A stretch of 30,977 nucleotides of DNA from a virus. Its lineage: Duplodnaviria > Caudoviricetes. The translations under genes were made by a program, and so were the position numbers. A model generated the notes under the pieces. The model was not told the origin of the DNA, ran no database searches, and saw only the letters and a list, made by a program, of their open reading frames with translations. Location: IMG/VR virus record IMGVR_UViG_3300033402_000761, positions 1 to 30,977 of that record; one strand, 5' to 3'. Positions 1-9,529 of this stretch are shown one piece after another. Each line of letters opens with the position of its first letter. Positions within the stretch are counted from its first letter, which is position 1.

Positions 1-1941
1 TCACCCGGAAGGAGGTTCGTCTTTGGAGGGGGGATTATCGCTTTGCGGATGAACGGCTTCTTCTATGAATCTTGCTTCTTCGTCGGAGTGTCCGAAGAGG
101 TCTGCGAATTTTCGGGTCGAGAATCTATAGCCTTCTTGCTCGATGAGTCTGATGTACGGTGCAAGAACATTATCGACGGCTCTTCGGAATAAGCTGGATG
201 GTCCGGCCCCGCTATCCCTATGCCATGCTTTTTCGCGTTCTCCTCGAACTTCCTTATGAAGGTAGCGTTGCGTTTCATAAAGTTCGCTCCTTACTCTGAC
301 CGTGTCAAGATTTTGAAGCCCTGCATTTCGAGCAATCTCCGCGACAGCGGCTTGGTAATCATCAATTCCTGCTTCATCACCGAAGTAAAGGAATTTAACG
401 CCTTTACCATCAATAGTCTCCGAGAAATCTAAATTCTTTTCTTTCGCCAACTTCAGTATAGTATCGAATTGTTCACGCGTCAATTTGGAATCACCAAGCG
501 CATAAATAGCGGGAATACCCGCTTGCCCTTCCGCGTGAGGTAGTGTGACAACGGTGGCATCCTGGTTAAACGCCCATCCAAGCATTTTTGATAAATCGGT
601 TGCTGCCTCAAAGCTCATGTTGTCGCCATGAAGCGTAAATATGGGTTCCGGGTTGCCTTGCCGGGTCCCGGTAATTGGATGAACTTCGAGGTTATCTATT
701 CCGAAAATTTCTTTCAGCAACTGCCGTACTGGATCGCCATTCAGGACTTGTTAAACGCCACTGCCGATCCTATTAAGATCCGGGGTTGTCTCCGTTGGGT
801 GCTCAATGGTTCCGATTTCCTCTCCCGGCCTGGTTCCTGCGATCACGCCCGATCTGTTCTCTAAATCCGGCGCGGTCAGTTTGCTTGTCACATACTCCGC
901 AAACTCATTCGCAATCGGCCTGATACCGTCAAGCTGCAAGGCCCGCAGTAAAGCGTCTGGCTGATAACCTATCTGTTTCGCCCAATCGATGATCGTATAT
1001 GCTGCCGCCTCTTCTGGAGTAATTCCGTGCGACGCTCCTATCGCGGCGAACATACTCATCAGTGTAGCATTCCGGACGTAATCAAAGAGTCCCGCCTGCC
1101 GATTGCTCAGATACTGCTGGGTCAAGCCGATGGTAGCCCCGCCGATGGCCCTTATCGGCCGGCTGTAAGGCGCGAGAGAACCGAAAACCGCCCCCCCGCC
1201 TGCACTCTCCAATGTGCTCTCGGGGTTCGCATTCGGCTCCAATGCACTTCGAGTCCCGAAAGTGATTGCATCACGAACAACAGGGAAAAGCGATGCGTAA
1301 AGATAGGGCACCTTCCTCGCTATGAATTCGGTTGCCGGATTAAGAATTCCCCCGGTAAGAATGGACACCATATAGGTTTCAATCAGCTCGCCCGCGCCTT
1401 CAGCGCCCCCTCGGATAAGCGCGTCGGCAAAATCCTGAGGGGGAGCCACCTTATAAATGCGCAAGGCCCTGTCCAGTGCCTGATATACCTGATTATAGAT
1501 CTCCGCTCTGTTCGGAAGCGGCTTGCCATATTCGGCTGTATTTTCAGGCCCAAGCGATATCGGAGGCAATGCCGCCGGCATGGATACCCTCTTGGCTGTG
1601 ATACGTGCTGCTACTTTATCAAGACTGACCGCTGCGTTTTCGATGAGGCCCTCTGCGTATTGAACATCGGGTCTGAGCGAATGCTCCAGAAGAGGCCCAA
1701 CCGTCGGCGGCTGCCCTTCGTCTCGATTCCACATGTATTGCTCAAAGGGTGTGGCGTTCTCGCGTAAGAGTTCGTCAGACGCCCCCGGAGGTTTGTAAAC
1801 AGGGAATTTAATGCCGGTGTAATTTTGATTCGCCTCGGATATCTGCGGAATCTGATCCGCGGGAGCTACCGGCTGATCGGGCCTTATACCCATCGCCTTC
1901 GCCATTTGATCGTCGGTTAGGGCTATCGCTTCGGGCGCCAC
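1..1941 (-). pseudogene. Internal virion/ejection protein (last of three), interrupted by a single in-frame TAA at 751-753
   Basis: ORFs 751..1941 and 1..720 are in the same frame, and 721..750 is open (QVLNGDPVRQ), giving ...NRIGSGV*QVLNGDPVRQLLKEIFG... It follows the SLT-bearing virion protein; GTG start preceded by AGGAGAGG. Confidence 0.6.
63..278 (-). CDS. Nested 71-aa ORF in an alternative frame of the ejection protein gene
   Basis: ATG at 278 preceded by TAAGGAG (293-287) with an 8-nt spacer; protein MKRNATFIRKFEENAKKHGIGIAGPDHPAYSEEPSIMF... Confidence 0.5.
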   Translation of the reverse strand: MKRNATFIRKFEENAKKHGIGIAGPDHPAYSEEPSIMFLHRTSDSSSKKAIDSRPENSQTSSDTPTKKQDS

Positions 1942-4181
1942 AGTCCATCCTCTCCTTTGACGTATTGGGTGCCGTCGGTCGCCGTGGCAATACCGCCGGC
2001 TTGCATGTCTCTAGGATGAATTGTTTTGGATTGCCCGGATTCATTTGATCTTACGGGCGACTGCTTCGCGGGCTGCCCATTTCCAGTCGCCTGCGGAGGC
2101 TGCCCCGGCATGAGCATCTCCAGGCCGATCTTGAGTAGATCCGCATCGCTCGGAAGTTTGCCGTTATTGTTTGCCCGCCATATGTCTATGGCGTTGCTGA
2201 GATTGCCTTTGTATATATTGTATTTCCTGATCGGGTCTGCAAGAGCTGAGTGCGGATCGGCCCCATAATATTGGGACCCAGGGGCGGCTTTTGCCTCGTT
2301 GAAGGTAGACTCCAGGATCTTAAGAGCGTGCTCCAGGTTCACATGCTTTTGCGCAACTGCCGCATCATTCTTGCGGATCGCGGCCTGATCGTCTTGCAGT
2401 TCCTTAAATTGGTGCGCTGGGACATCTCCATGGTATTGGTTCAGGTCCATATTGGCGAAAGTCTCGCGGGTCTCTCCAACCTGCATGCCTTTCAGTTCTT
2501 TATAAATCGCATCAGTCTTTGGCGATGGGGGGGGATTACATACGTTAAGAGCGTTCGTGCTGATCGCTTTATCGACCCTGCCCCACACCGATGGATCTTT
2601 AGCGAAGATGGCCGCGTATGCTTGTGCCCGTTTCGGGTCGGCCTGGAAGTCCGACCAGGACTTAACGCCGTTGGGACCGGTAAGTCCTGAACTGATAATG
2701 TCCATATTCGCCTGATCGGTCATCTTCTCGGCGTGTAGTTGCTGGCCGGCATGCTGGATAAAGTAGGCCGTATACCGGTCTTCTGCCGCCGGATCGTTGG
2801 GATGCTCCTGCCTCGCAAGTTGTCTAACTGCGTCGAGGCCGGTCTGGTAATTTTCCTTGATGTTCTGCGCGGTGGGTAGTCCTTGGGGATCGTACATCTG
2901 AGAATGCCGGTCGACGTAGCCCTTTATCATCGTCAGGAACTGGTCGGCTGTCATGTCGGCAGTTCCGCCATTTAGCGTTATGGCTTTTGGATTTCCAATG
3001 ACCTGCCCGGCATTGGCGTTCAGATCAGCGGACATAAGGGCCTCAGCGCCCTTTATCCCCTGCTGGTGGGCAAGATAGACTTCCCATGTCTGCGGCTGCC
3101 TGCCAAGGTCCGAGGCAAGCTGTTTTGAATTTTGAGCAATCAGCTTCACGCCCAATTCGATTTGGCGGTTGGAATCGTTTTTGTCTTGATCGGTTCCCCC
3201 CATCGCAGCCCAGGTCCCAGGCTTAAACTGGAAATGGCCGAATGCCGCTACGTTTTCGGGTTCTTTGGGATTGTGGACGGTAGGGTTGGTCACCCCCCCT
3301 TCACACGACCACACGGTCAGGGCCGTACTCGGGTCAACGCCTTGACCCGCCGCCTCGGCTACGATCCTGCTTGCAACCGGTCCTCCCCCCGTTGCCATCC
3401 CATAGGCGCGCTGCGCCTGGATGGTTTCCTGGGAAGGCTGCAGATATCTTTCAAGCTCCCGCTGCATATCTCCTGAGAGCTTGGGTTGGTATTGTTTATA
3501 CATCTGCAAGGCCGCAGCAGGATCGGCCGTTGCCGCCCGCTCGACCGCGCCTTTGTACATCTGGTCGATATAGTGCTGAGCCCGTTTGCCGGTCTCCTCC
3601 GGACTGTGCCCGGCCTGCCGGCCGTATGCGCTCGTCTCCACGAGGATGGAGTTCTCCCGATTCTGCAATGTCTTCGGGTCGTTATATTTATCTATGCCGT
3701 CATTTACGAACTGAGCGCAAAGAGAGTTCGATGTCTCGTTATGGTAGACCTGCGTCTGCTGGGCTGCGTGCCGCGCCATGCCATCAAGCTCGTAGTTCAT
3801 GCGCTGACGGGAGATGGCGTCAAACATTTTCTGCTGCATCGGGTTTGCGAGTTGTTCGCGGAATTGATTGCGAAGATATGTCATCTGCTGCTGGTAAGTT
3901 TCAAATTGCTGTTCGGGATCTTTGCCTCGAAGGGAGTAGAATTTATTGTAGAGGTCCCTGAATGCGGGCGCAAAGCTGTTCGCGTAGAGATCGTTAACGG
4001 TGGTTTCGTTCAGAAGCTGCTGTCTTTGTACCGCATGCTGCGCCAGTTCCTCATTGGTCTTGTCCAGCGTTGCCCCGATTTGAGATCCGAATTCCACCGG
4101 GTTGGCCTGAATATTTTGCTCGGTGAGATGGCCCTGTGGCATTACGGTCGGGTAGAATTCACTTGGAATCTGAATAGGCAT
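1923..4181 (-). CDS. Internal virion protein with lytic transglycosylase (SLT/lysozyme-like) domain
   Basis: 752 aa, helical and Gln/Ala-rich. Central motifs GVDP...WSCEGG (putative catalytic Glu), GHFQF..GTW and YLAHQQG; position among T7 gp14-16-like genes. Confidence 0.85.
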   Translation of the reverse strand: MPIQIPSEFYPTVMPQGHLTEQNIQANPVEFGSQIGATLDKTNEELAQHAVQRQQLLNETTVNDLYANSFAPAFRDLYNKFYSLRGKDPEQQFETYQQQMTYLRNQFREQLANPMQQKMFDAISRQRMNYELDGMARHAAQQTQVYHNETSNSLCAQFVNDGIDKYNDPKTLQNRENSILVETSAYGRQAGHSPEETGKRAQHYIDQMYKGAVERAATADPAAALQMYKQYQPKLSGDMQRELERYLQPSQETIQAQRAYGMATGGGPVASRIVAEAAGQGVDPSTALTVWSCEGGVTNPTVHNPKEPENVAAFGHFQFKPGTWAAMGGTDQDKNDSNRQIELGVKLIAQNSKQLASDLGRQPQTWEVYLAHQQGIKGAEALMSADLNANAGQVIGNPKAITLNGGTADMTADQFLTMIKGYVDRHSQMYDPQGLPTAQNIKENYQTGLDAVRQLARQEHPNDPAAEDRYTAYFIQHAGQQLHAEKMTDQANMDIISSGLTGPNGVKSWSDFQADPKRAQAYAAIFAKDPSVWGRVDKAISTNALNVCNPPPSPKTDAIYKELKGMQVGETRETFANMDLNQYHGDVPAHQFKELQDDQAAIRKNDAAVAQKHVNLEHALKILESTFNEAKAAPGSQYYGADPHSALADPIRKYNIYKGNLSNAIDIWRANNNGKLPSDADLLKIGLEMLMPGQPPQATGNGQPAKQSPVRSNESGQSKTIHPRDMQAGGIATATDGTQYVKGEDGLWRPKR

Positions 4182-4184
4182 CTC

Positions 4185-4745
4185 TTACCCCATTATCGAT
4201 TCATATCCGGCAAATCCGCCAGGATTAACATTGGTATTGGATCCGCTCCACACCCCGGCCTGATTGTACTTCAACCATTGGTTCGAAACACTCGACGCCC
4301 CGCCAAGGATCGAATTCGCGACCGCCCAATCGCCCATGTTGTTATAAAGGCTCGCCTGCGCTCCGTAGACGTTTGCCTGGTTCTTATAGTTCCAGTTCTG
4401 AACGTTCGCGTTGTATCGAATGGTGAGGGCGTCCAGTTCCCCCGTTTCAGCCGCGCTCGATCTCACATTCAGGGCCGATCCCTCGTTCGGATTTACCCCG
4501 GATGCGGCCTGTTGCGCGTCAATCCCCGCGATCATGCCCCCGGTTTTAAGCCTCTGGTTTTCCTCTTGGACCGTCCCTTGCTGCAGGGCCATCGAGGCGT
4601 TCCGGTTTGTGATGACCTGGTTATTGCGGGCAACCGCCGCGTTGTACTGCGCCGACTGATACTGAGAGTAGCCGGTCATGGCCGCGCCGGCTACGCCAGT
4701 GACCAGGCTCGCTATCCCAAGAGCGACGGGGACTGCTACGCACAT
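4185..4745 (-). CDS. Internal virion protein (T7 gp14-like)
   Basis: 186 aa; MC start, hydrophobic Gly/Ala N-terminus, Gln/Asn/Ala-rich, AASGV..GSAL motif; follows the gp13-like gene. Confidence 0.8.
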   Translation of the reverse strand: MCVAVPVALGIASLVTGVAGAAMTGYSQYQSAQYNAAVARNNQVITNRNASMALQQGTVQEENQRLKTGGMIAGIDAQQAASGVNPNEGSALNVRSSAAETGELDALTIRYNANVQNWNYKNQANVYGAQASLYNNMGDWAVANSILGGASSVSNQWLKYNQAGVWSGSNTNVNPGGFAGYESIMG

Positions 4746-5213
4746 CTAGTTTGTCCTTTCCATCCGGAACCTGAAAAACGGCATCTCCCACACTCCATAT
4801 GGAATCGGCTGCGGGTCGAACTGGAATCCAAGCCACCTTAGCCACTTGATTGAAAGCTCGTTTCTGACGTCGACGTAGTTTTCAAGATGTGGGTAAAGAT
4901 CCAGCATCTGCGCCACGTACCTCTTGTTCGCCCGAAGAAACGTCACTGCATACCGTTCGACCTCATCCGTTCCCAAAAGCCACGGAGATCCTTTCCCGCC
5001 CAGAATATCAATCGGACAGACCCCGTACATGCAAACCGGACGGTCATCGACCAGCCCCGTCCATGCGAGATCGGAACGTACCAGAGACTCACGCAGTGCC
5101 CTGCAGGGTCCCGTATCGGTCGCCGCCGCCGCTTCCTCAACGTCGGCCTTGCGCATATTTCTCGCAATCCAGTCGATGTGGTCGCTATGCGCGGGAATTA
5201 TGATTCGTGCCAT
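4746..5213 (-). CDS. T7 gp13-like GNAT-fold virion assembly protein
   Basis: 155 aa with MRKADVEE, PWLLGT and LENYVDVRNELSIKWLRWLGF motifs; downstream of tail tubular protein B. Confidence 0.85.
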   Translation of the reverse strand: MARIIIPAHSDHIDWIARNMRKADVEEAAAATDTGPCRALRESLVRSDLAWTGLVDDRPVCMYGVCPIDILGGKGSPWLLGTDEVERYAVTFLRANKRYVAQMLDLYPHLENYVDVRNELSIKWLRWLGFQFDPQPIPYGVWEMPFFRFRMERTN

Positions 5214-5494
5214 CAGTAAACGTCTTTCTGATCAAGTTCGGCTTTGAGCTTGTCGTAAATAAAACTGGCGTAATGTGCGACCTTGATTGCGTCCCTCAAC
5301 TTTTCTTTCGGTCCGCGAGTCATGCTCTTGCGCCTGTTGAAATACCTCTCCATATTCTTCCAGCAATCTTCCGCCGTGAAACTATCAACCTGCTCGTTGC
5401 CCTCGGGGTTGCCGTACTGCTCCAGGGTGTATTCGGCAATGCGCTTTCGAACCTGATCGGAAAAGGCTTCCCACTGAGCTGCTCTGTCGTACAT
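5213..5494 (-). CDS. Hypothetical phage protein
   Basis: 93 aa, GAGGA RBS, stop overlaps the next start. Confidence 0.75.
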   Translation of the reverse strand: MYDRAAQWEAFSDQVRKRIAEYTLEQYGNPEGNEQVDSFTAEDCWKNMERYFNRRKSMTRGPKEKLRDAIKVAHYASFIYDKLKAELDQKDVY

Positions 5495-5575
5495 TAGTCC
5501 TCACTTAATGCTTGCCGATCCTGTAAAAGGTCAGTTTGCCAAATTGCGCAAGTTATGGTTTCCCCACTTTTGCCT

Positions 5576-5604
5576 TTCTCTGCGTTCTCTGCGCCTCTGC
5601 GGTG
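5576..5604. repeat. CTCTGCG-type 8-9-nt tandem repeat ending in GTGA
   Basis: TTCTCTGCG TTCTCTGCG CCTCTGCG GTGA just downstream of the tail tubular B stop. Confidence 0.85.
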
Positions 5605-5613
5605 ATATTTGTC

Positions 5614-8547
5614 CTAGCCGGGCGTATCCCCAATGCTCACCTCCGGTATCACTCCCAGAATCGTGCACGGCAGAGGCTGATCCTGCTGAATGCACACGTC
5701 GTCATCGACCAGATATTGACTGTCGATCACGACCCGCTCATCCCCCGTAAAAAGGGGAATCGGCTGCCCCATAAAGACGCCCGGACCCCGCTCCTTGATC
5801 TCGACAAGGCTATTCCAGTTGGAACCGGCTTTAAGTCCCCTCGTATCCGTTACCCTCAAAGCCACTGCGGATATCCTCTTACGATAATCCTGAACCTGCA
5901 CGGACATCCCCTCCGGCTCCATGCACAGGCTTTGGAACTGCGCGACATAAGGCAGGCCCACCGTGACACGAGAGGCCGGATATTGCAGGTTAATGGACCC
6001 CCCGGACACTACCTGCTGAGGTTGCACGCTTCCATCGGCCAGAATGGATACGGTCGCGCCGTTCAGGTGATCGAGGCCGGAAATAACGCTTGTAGCCGTT
6101 CCGCTATATTGCAGGCCGCAGTCCACAAACCACGCCTTGGTCACATCGGCGACGCCGTTTGTCAGAAAATTCCTGCTCGTCATCCGCTCGATGTACTTTA
6201 CCGGCTGCCCTCCGTTTATCCCCGGAATGGTTCTCTGCGCGACGAAGTAGACCGAGCTTGCATTGATCCCGGAGACTTGCTGCTCTACGATCGATGCACA
6301 GGATAGAAACTGATCGGTTCCCGAATTTCCCGGTGAATCCGAATGAGCCCAGGCGTAAACGTCCTGTTCTTTTAAGTACGTAAACGAAAGCAGGATTCCG
6401 TCATCCCGCACCGCCCATATCTGATAGAACGGCTGCTCGGCATAGCACCATCTCTCCAGGTTGTGGCCGTAGAAAAGATGGTTCGACAAAATACTCATAT
6501 CCGTTCCGGTATATACCTGAGCGTAAAAGTTATAGGCGAGGTCCCTCACGATTGAGCCTTGCGCCTGCACGTACAGGACATCGTAGTTGACCACGATGGG
6601 AGGCAGGTCCGCGCATCCGTTGTAGCTTTGAGGAACGACCACGATGTTACTCGGCGTGACCGCGACCGGGTTCGTGATATAGCCGCCCATGAGCGCCCAG
6701 GCCCCGCCGCTCGTCATGACCAGAAGGTTATTCATCGGAACGAGCCACTTGATGGCGTTCACCTGGTTTGCCGCAATCGTTGCGACTATGGCGTCATTGC
6801 TTTGGGACGGGTTGCTCACATCCATGTTTTTGAAATCGGCCGGCTTGGTCATCCAAAGGGTCTGTGGATTGGTATTGCTTCCGGCAAATACCTTGCGCTG
6901 CTGAAAATACGTTACGCACGAGGGATAGTTGCCCGCGGGCGCGATCACGACCGAAAAGGTTGCGCCGGTTCCGGTTTCCTGCGTGAAAGTGAGCGCCTCT
7001 CCATCCGTGTATCCGGTTCCGGTTCCGGAGACGCTTACCCCGGTTATCGCTCCGTTTTTGATGACGGGCGTGAAGGTGCATCCGCTGCCCGTGGACACGG
7101 TCGCCTTGACGGTCCCGAAGTAGTCCTGGCCCTGATTGGTCATCGTGACCGTTACCGTCTCCTGGCCGAAAATAGTAGTGACGTTAATGTGCCCGGCCGC
7201 CCCGGAGCCGTTTCCCCCCGGAGTTACAACCGGGGCCTGGTAGTCCTGGCCTCCGTTTGCGACGGCAACCGCTGTAATCGCCCCGCCCGAAATAGTCGGT
7301 GTGAGCACCGCGCCCGTTCCCGAAATATCGTTTACGGAAAGCGTGGTGCCCGATGAATAACCCGATCCGCCGTTTATGACCGTAACCGATTTGATTGAGC
7401 CTTCGGCAAACGGGTTTGTACCCTGCGGAGGCGCCTGCGTAAAATCCGGCGCGATCTCCACATCGACAAAGCTTGTCCCGTTGGCCGTTCCGATGTATCC
7501 GTACATGGCGCCCGTGGGAATCGCCTCATGCACTGTCGGGTTTGCCTTGTAGACGCGGTATCCGCTTGCCCCCTCGGTCGCCGTCCAACTGATGTTGTTG
7601 TAAACTCCGGTGTTTGAATTGAGCTGCGAGCCCGTGACACCGTACGGCGTCGACGCGAACGACTCATCCGGAGGGGCGTCGCTTATTGCCGTCACCACAT
7701 AGCTGTAATTCCATTGTGTGCCGCTTGTCGAGTCGGCCGTGACGGTCAGACCCGTTGGAGGCGAAATCGTTGGAGCAAAACCGATCGGGGTGTAAGTCCA
7801 GACCCAGTGCTGCGTTCTCGTAAGGTCTGCCGGCGGATAGCTCGGATGACAAAGAGTGAGAGTATCATTGCTCTGAGCCCACTTGATCTGCTGAACGTCC
7901 GATCCCTGATATGGGGTTGTCAGGGTAAAAATGCGGGAAATCGTTCCATAGCTCGTAGTCAGCGAATAAACGCCGGAGTTCGTGGTGTTGATGAGATTAC
8001 CATCGAGGTCTGTCAGATTGAAGCTGCCGTTTGAATAATTAGCGACGAGGTACTGTCTTCCGGGTGTGGAGTCGAGCGCTGTATTCGTCCCGGAGATATA
8101 AACCTGATCCCCGTTCTTGAATGTGTATCCGCTCGGGGCCTGACTGTAGTTGACGGTCACCACCCCGGGATTGGCATTGGTGATCGAGGCGATTTCGATG
8201 CCGGTATAGTTAAGAATCTGCGTTCCGTTCTCGTTGTACCACGGAACCACTGTTTCCAGCACATACCCGCCGTTCATGATGACGCGCATGTACTGATGCC
8301 CGAATTCAAGCGTATAGGTCTGGACAAGGTTGAACTGGAAGGGGATCACGTGAACTGGATAGGCCGAATTAAAGCATCTTCCGACAAACTGAGTGCCGGC
8401 CCGGTTGCTCACCCCTCCATGAGGCAGCACGAAGAAATTTCTGAGCAGCTTCGCCGCCGCGTGATACTTGGCCAGATCGACCCGGGCGTAGAGGGAAGGA
8501 GCTATTTCCCCGGCCGCGAATGTAGGTTGAATATAGCTTACTGGCAT
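5614..8547 (-). CDS. Tail tubular protein B / nozzle (T7 gp12-like), with inserted domains
   Basis: 977 aa; N-terminal FAAGEIAPSLYARVD..NFFVLPHGG..RAGT, YPSCVTYFQQR, and C-terminal QDQPLPCTILGV motifs typical of this family. Confidence 0.92.
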   Translation of the reverse strand: MPVSYIQPTFAAGEIAPSLYARVDLAKYHAAAKLLRNFFVLPHGGVSNRAGTQFVGRCFNSAYPVHVIPFQFNLVQTYTLEFGHQYMRVIMNGGYVLETVVPWYNENGTQILNYTGIEIASITNANPGVVTVNYSQAPSGYTFKNGDQVYISGTNTALDSTPGRQYLVANYSNGSFNLTDLDGNLINTTNSGVYSLTTSYGTISRIFTLTTPYQGSDVQQIKWAQSNDTLTLCHPSYPPADLTRTQHWVWTYTPIGFAPTISPPTGLTVTADSTSGTQWNYSYVVTAISDAPPDESFASTPYGVTGSQLNSNTGVYNNISWTATEGASGYRVYKANPTVHEAIPTGAMYGYIGTANGTSFVDVEIAPDFTQAPPQGTNPFAEGSIKSVTVINGGSGYSSGTTLSVNDISGTGAVLTPTISGGAITAVAVANGGQDYQAPVVTPGGNGSGAAGHINVTTIFGQETVTVTMTNQGQDYFGTVKATVSTGSGCTFTPVIKNGAITGVSVSGTGTGYTDGEALTFTQETGTGATFSVVIAPAGNYPSCVTYFQQRKVFAGSNTNPQTLWMTKPADFKNMDVSNPSQSNDAIVATIAANQVNAIKWLVPMNNLLVMTSGGAWALMGGYITNPVAVTPSNIVVVPQSYNGCADLPPIVVNYDVLYVQAQGSIVRDLAYNFYAQVYTGTDMSILSNHLFYGHNLERWCYAEQPFYQIWAVRDDGILLSFTYLKEQDVYAWAHSDSPGNSGTDQFLSCASIVEQQVSGINASSVYFVAQRTIPGINGGQPVKYIERMTSRNFLTNGVADVTKAWFVDCGLQYSGTATSVISGLDHLNGATVSILADGSVQPQQVVSGGSINLQYPASRVTVGLPYVAQFQSLCMEPEGMSVQVQDYRKRISAVALRVTDTRGLKAGSNWNSLVEIKERGPGVFMGQPIPLFTGDERVVIDSQYLVDDDVCIQQDQPLPCTILGVIPEVSIGDTPG

Positions 8548-8550
8548 TCT

Positions 8551-8937
8551 TTAACCCCTAACACCAGATAACAAGTCAATGCCGTTTGTCACTATCCCGG
8601 ATTGGCTGGTTCCAGCATGGATGTACACGACTCCCTTTACCATTAGTTCGCCCGGCAGAGTCCCGATTCCAAGCCTCTGATACGCAACTACATTATTCTC
8701 AGCGTCCAAGGCCCCGCCCACCATGACACCCCGGGTAAAAAGCCCCCAGGTCTTGCCCCCATCCCTGGAAGCGTTCAACGTGATCGTTGCTGAAGATGTC
8801 ATATCGGTCCACCCGCTGCACTCAACCTGCAACTCCATGTAGTTGCAACCCTCCGGCATGGCTGTCGGAGGGATATCGATCCTTCCGACATAAGTGCTGC
8901 CCAAAAGGGAGAATATGGACGACAGGTTACTTCTCAT
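8551..8937 (-). CDS. Hypothetical beta-rich protein (possibly tail-associated)
   Basis: 128 aa, ATGA overlap with the upstream gene, SRDGGKTW Asp-box-like motif. Confidence 0.65.
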   Translation of the reverse strand: MRSNLSSIFSLLGSTYVGRIDIPPTAMPEGCNYMELQVECSGWTDMTSSATITLNASRDGGKTWGLFTRGVMVGGALDAENNVVAYQRLGIGTLPGELMVKGVVYIHAGTSQSGIVTNGIDLLSGVRG

Positions 8938-9131
8938 GTTTTACGCTTTTCTCCCTGCTCCTTGCTTCCCGCTCCTTGCTGCTCGTCCTTTTTCCGCTTA
9001 ACCTGAAGGACAAAGCCGCCTTCGACCTTGTAGACGAGTTGAAACTCCCATCCTTCCAGTCGCATCTCGGCCATTTTGCTGCTCACGGCCTTGGCGCTAC
9101 CGCACTTAAATGTCAGGTAGTCCCATTTCAT
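8934..9131 (-). CDS. Small protein, DUF4177-like
   Basis: Restarted at ATG 9131 (GGGAGG RBS): MKWDYLTF...EGWEFQLV...VLQVKR pattern. The C-terminal tail is encoded by a heptamer repeat. Confidence 0.6.
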   Translation of the reverse strand: MKWDYLTFKCGSAKAVSSKMAEMRLEGWEFQLVYKVEGGFVLQVKRKKDEQQGAGSKEQGEKRKT

Positions 9132-9142
9132 AGCGAGCCTCC

Positions 9143-9439
9143 CTATCCGGTAAGGCTTCCCTGGATGGCCGTTGCCTGAGCGCTGTTCATCACCGTGGGC
9201 GCGCCGGCGTCGTATGCGCTGATTATCGCCTGCATCCTTGACTGAAGTTCGGGCTGCGCAAGCGCCATAACCGCATTTTGTTGGCCGGCTCCCGTCACGG
9301 TAGTACATACGCGAACGGTGATATTTTGGTTTATGACCGTGTTTCCGCCACTCACGCACGTAAGGTTCGCCGTTACCTCGAAGACGTTTCCGCCCAAGTT
9401 GTTTATCGCGCCCGGAGTAACCGTAATCGTAAGAGCCAT
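9143..9439 (-). CDS. Hypothetical protein (possibly tail-associated)
   Basis: 98 aa, AGGAGG RBS. Confidence 0.75.
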   Translation of the reverse strand: MALTITVTPGAINNLGGNVFEVTANLTCVSGGNTVINQNITVRVCTTVTGAGQQNAVMALAQPELQSRMQAIISAYDAGAPTVMNSAQATAIQGSLTG

Positions 9440-9456
9440 GATTAACCTCCTTTTTC

Positions 9457-9522
9457 CTTCTCGCTTCTTGCTTCTCGCTTCGGCTTTTCCATTCTCGCTC
9501 CTTGCTCCTTGCTCCTCGCTCC
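9457..9522. repeat. Heptamer tandem repeat (CTYCTYG)n, near-copy of 14639..14722
   Basis: cttctcg cttcttg cttctcg cttcgg cttttcc attctcg ctccttg ctccttg ctcctcg. Confidence 0.85.
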
Positions 9523-9529
9523 GGTTCTT

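Noticed and set aside
751-753. Genome-wide stop-codon reassignment
   Set aside because: TAA, TAG and TGA all end conserved genes at expected positions, and only one internal stop was found.
3486-4841. Long plus-strand ORFs (451 aa here; also 1027..1767, 5536..6306, 6559..7356, 15355..16146, 19497..20156, 26014..26832)
   Set aside because: They are antisense shadows of well-supported minus-strand phage genes in GC-rich DNA, with no recognisable motifs.
8934-9359. 141-aa ORF as listed
   Set aside because: The first 76 codons overlap the better-supported 9143..9439 gene; the plausible start is ATG 9131.
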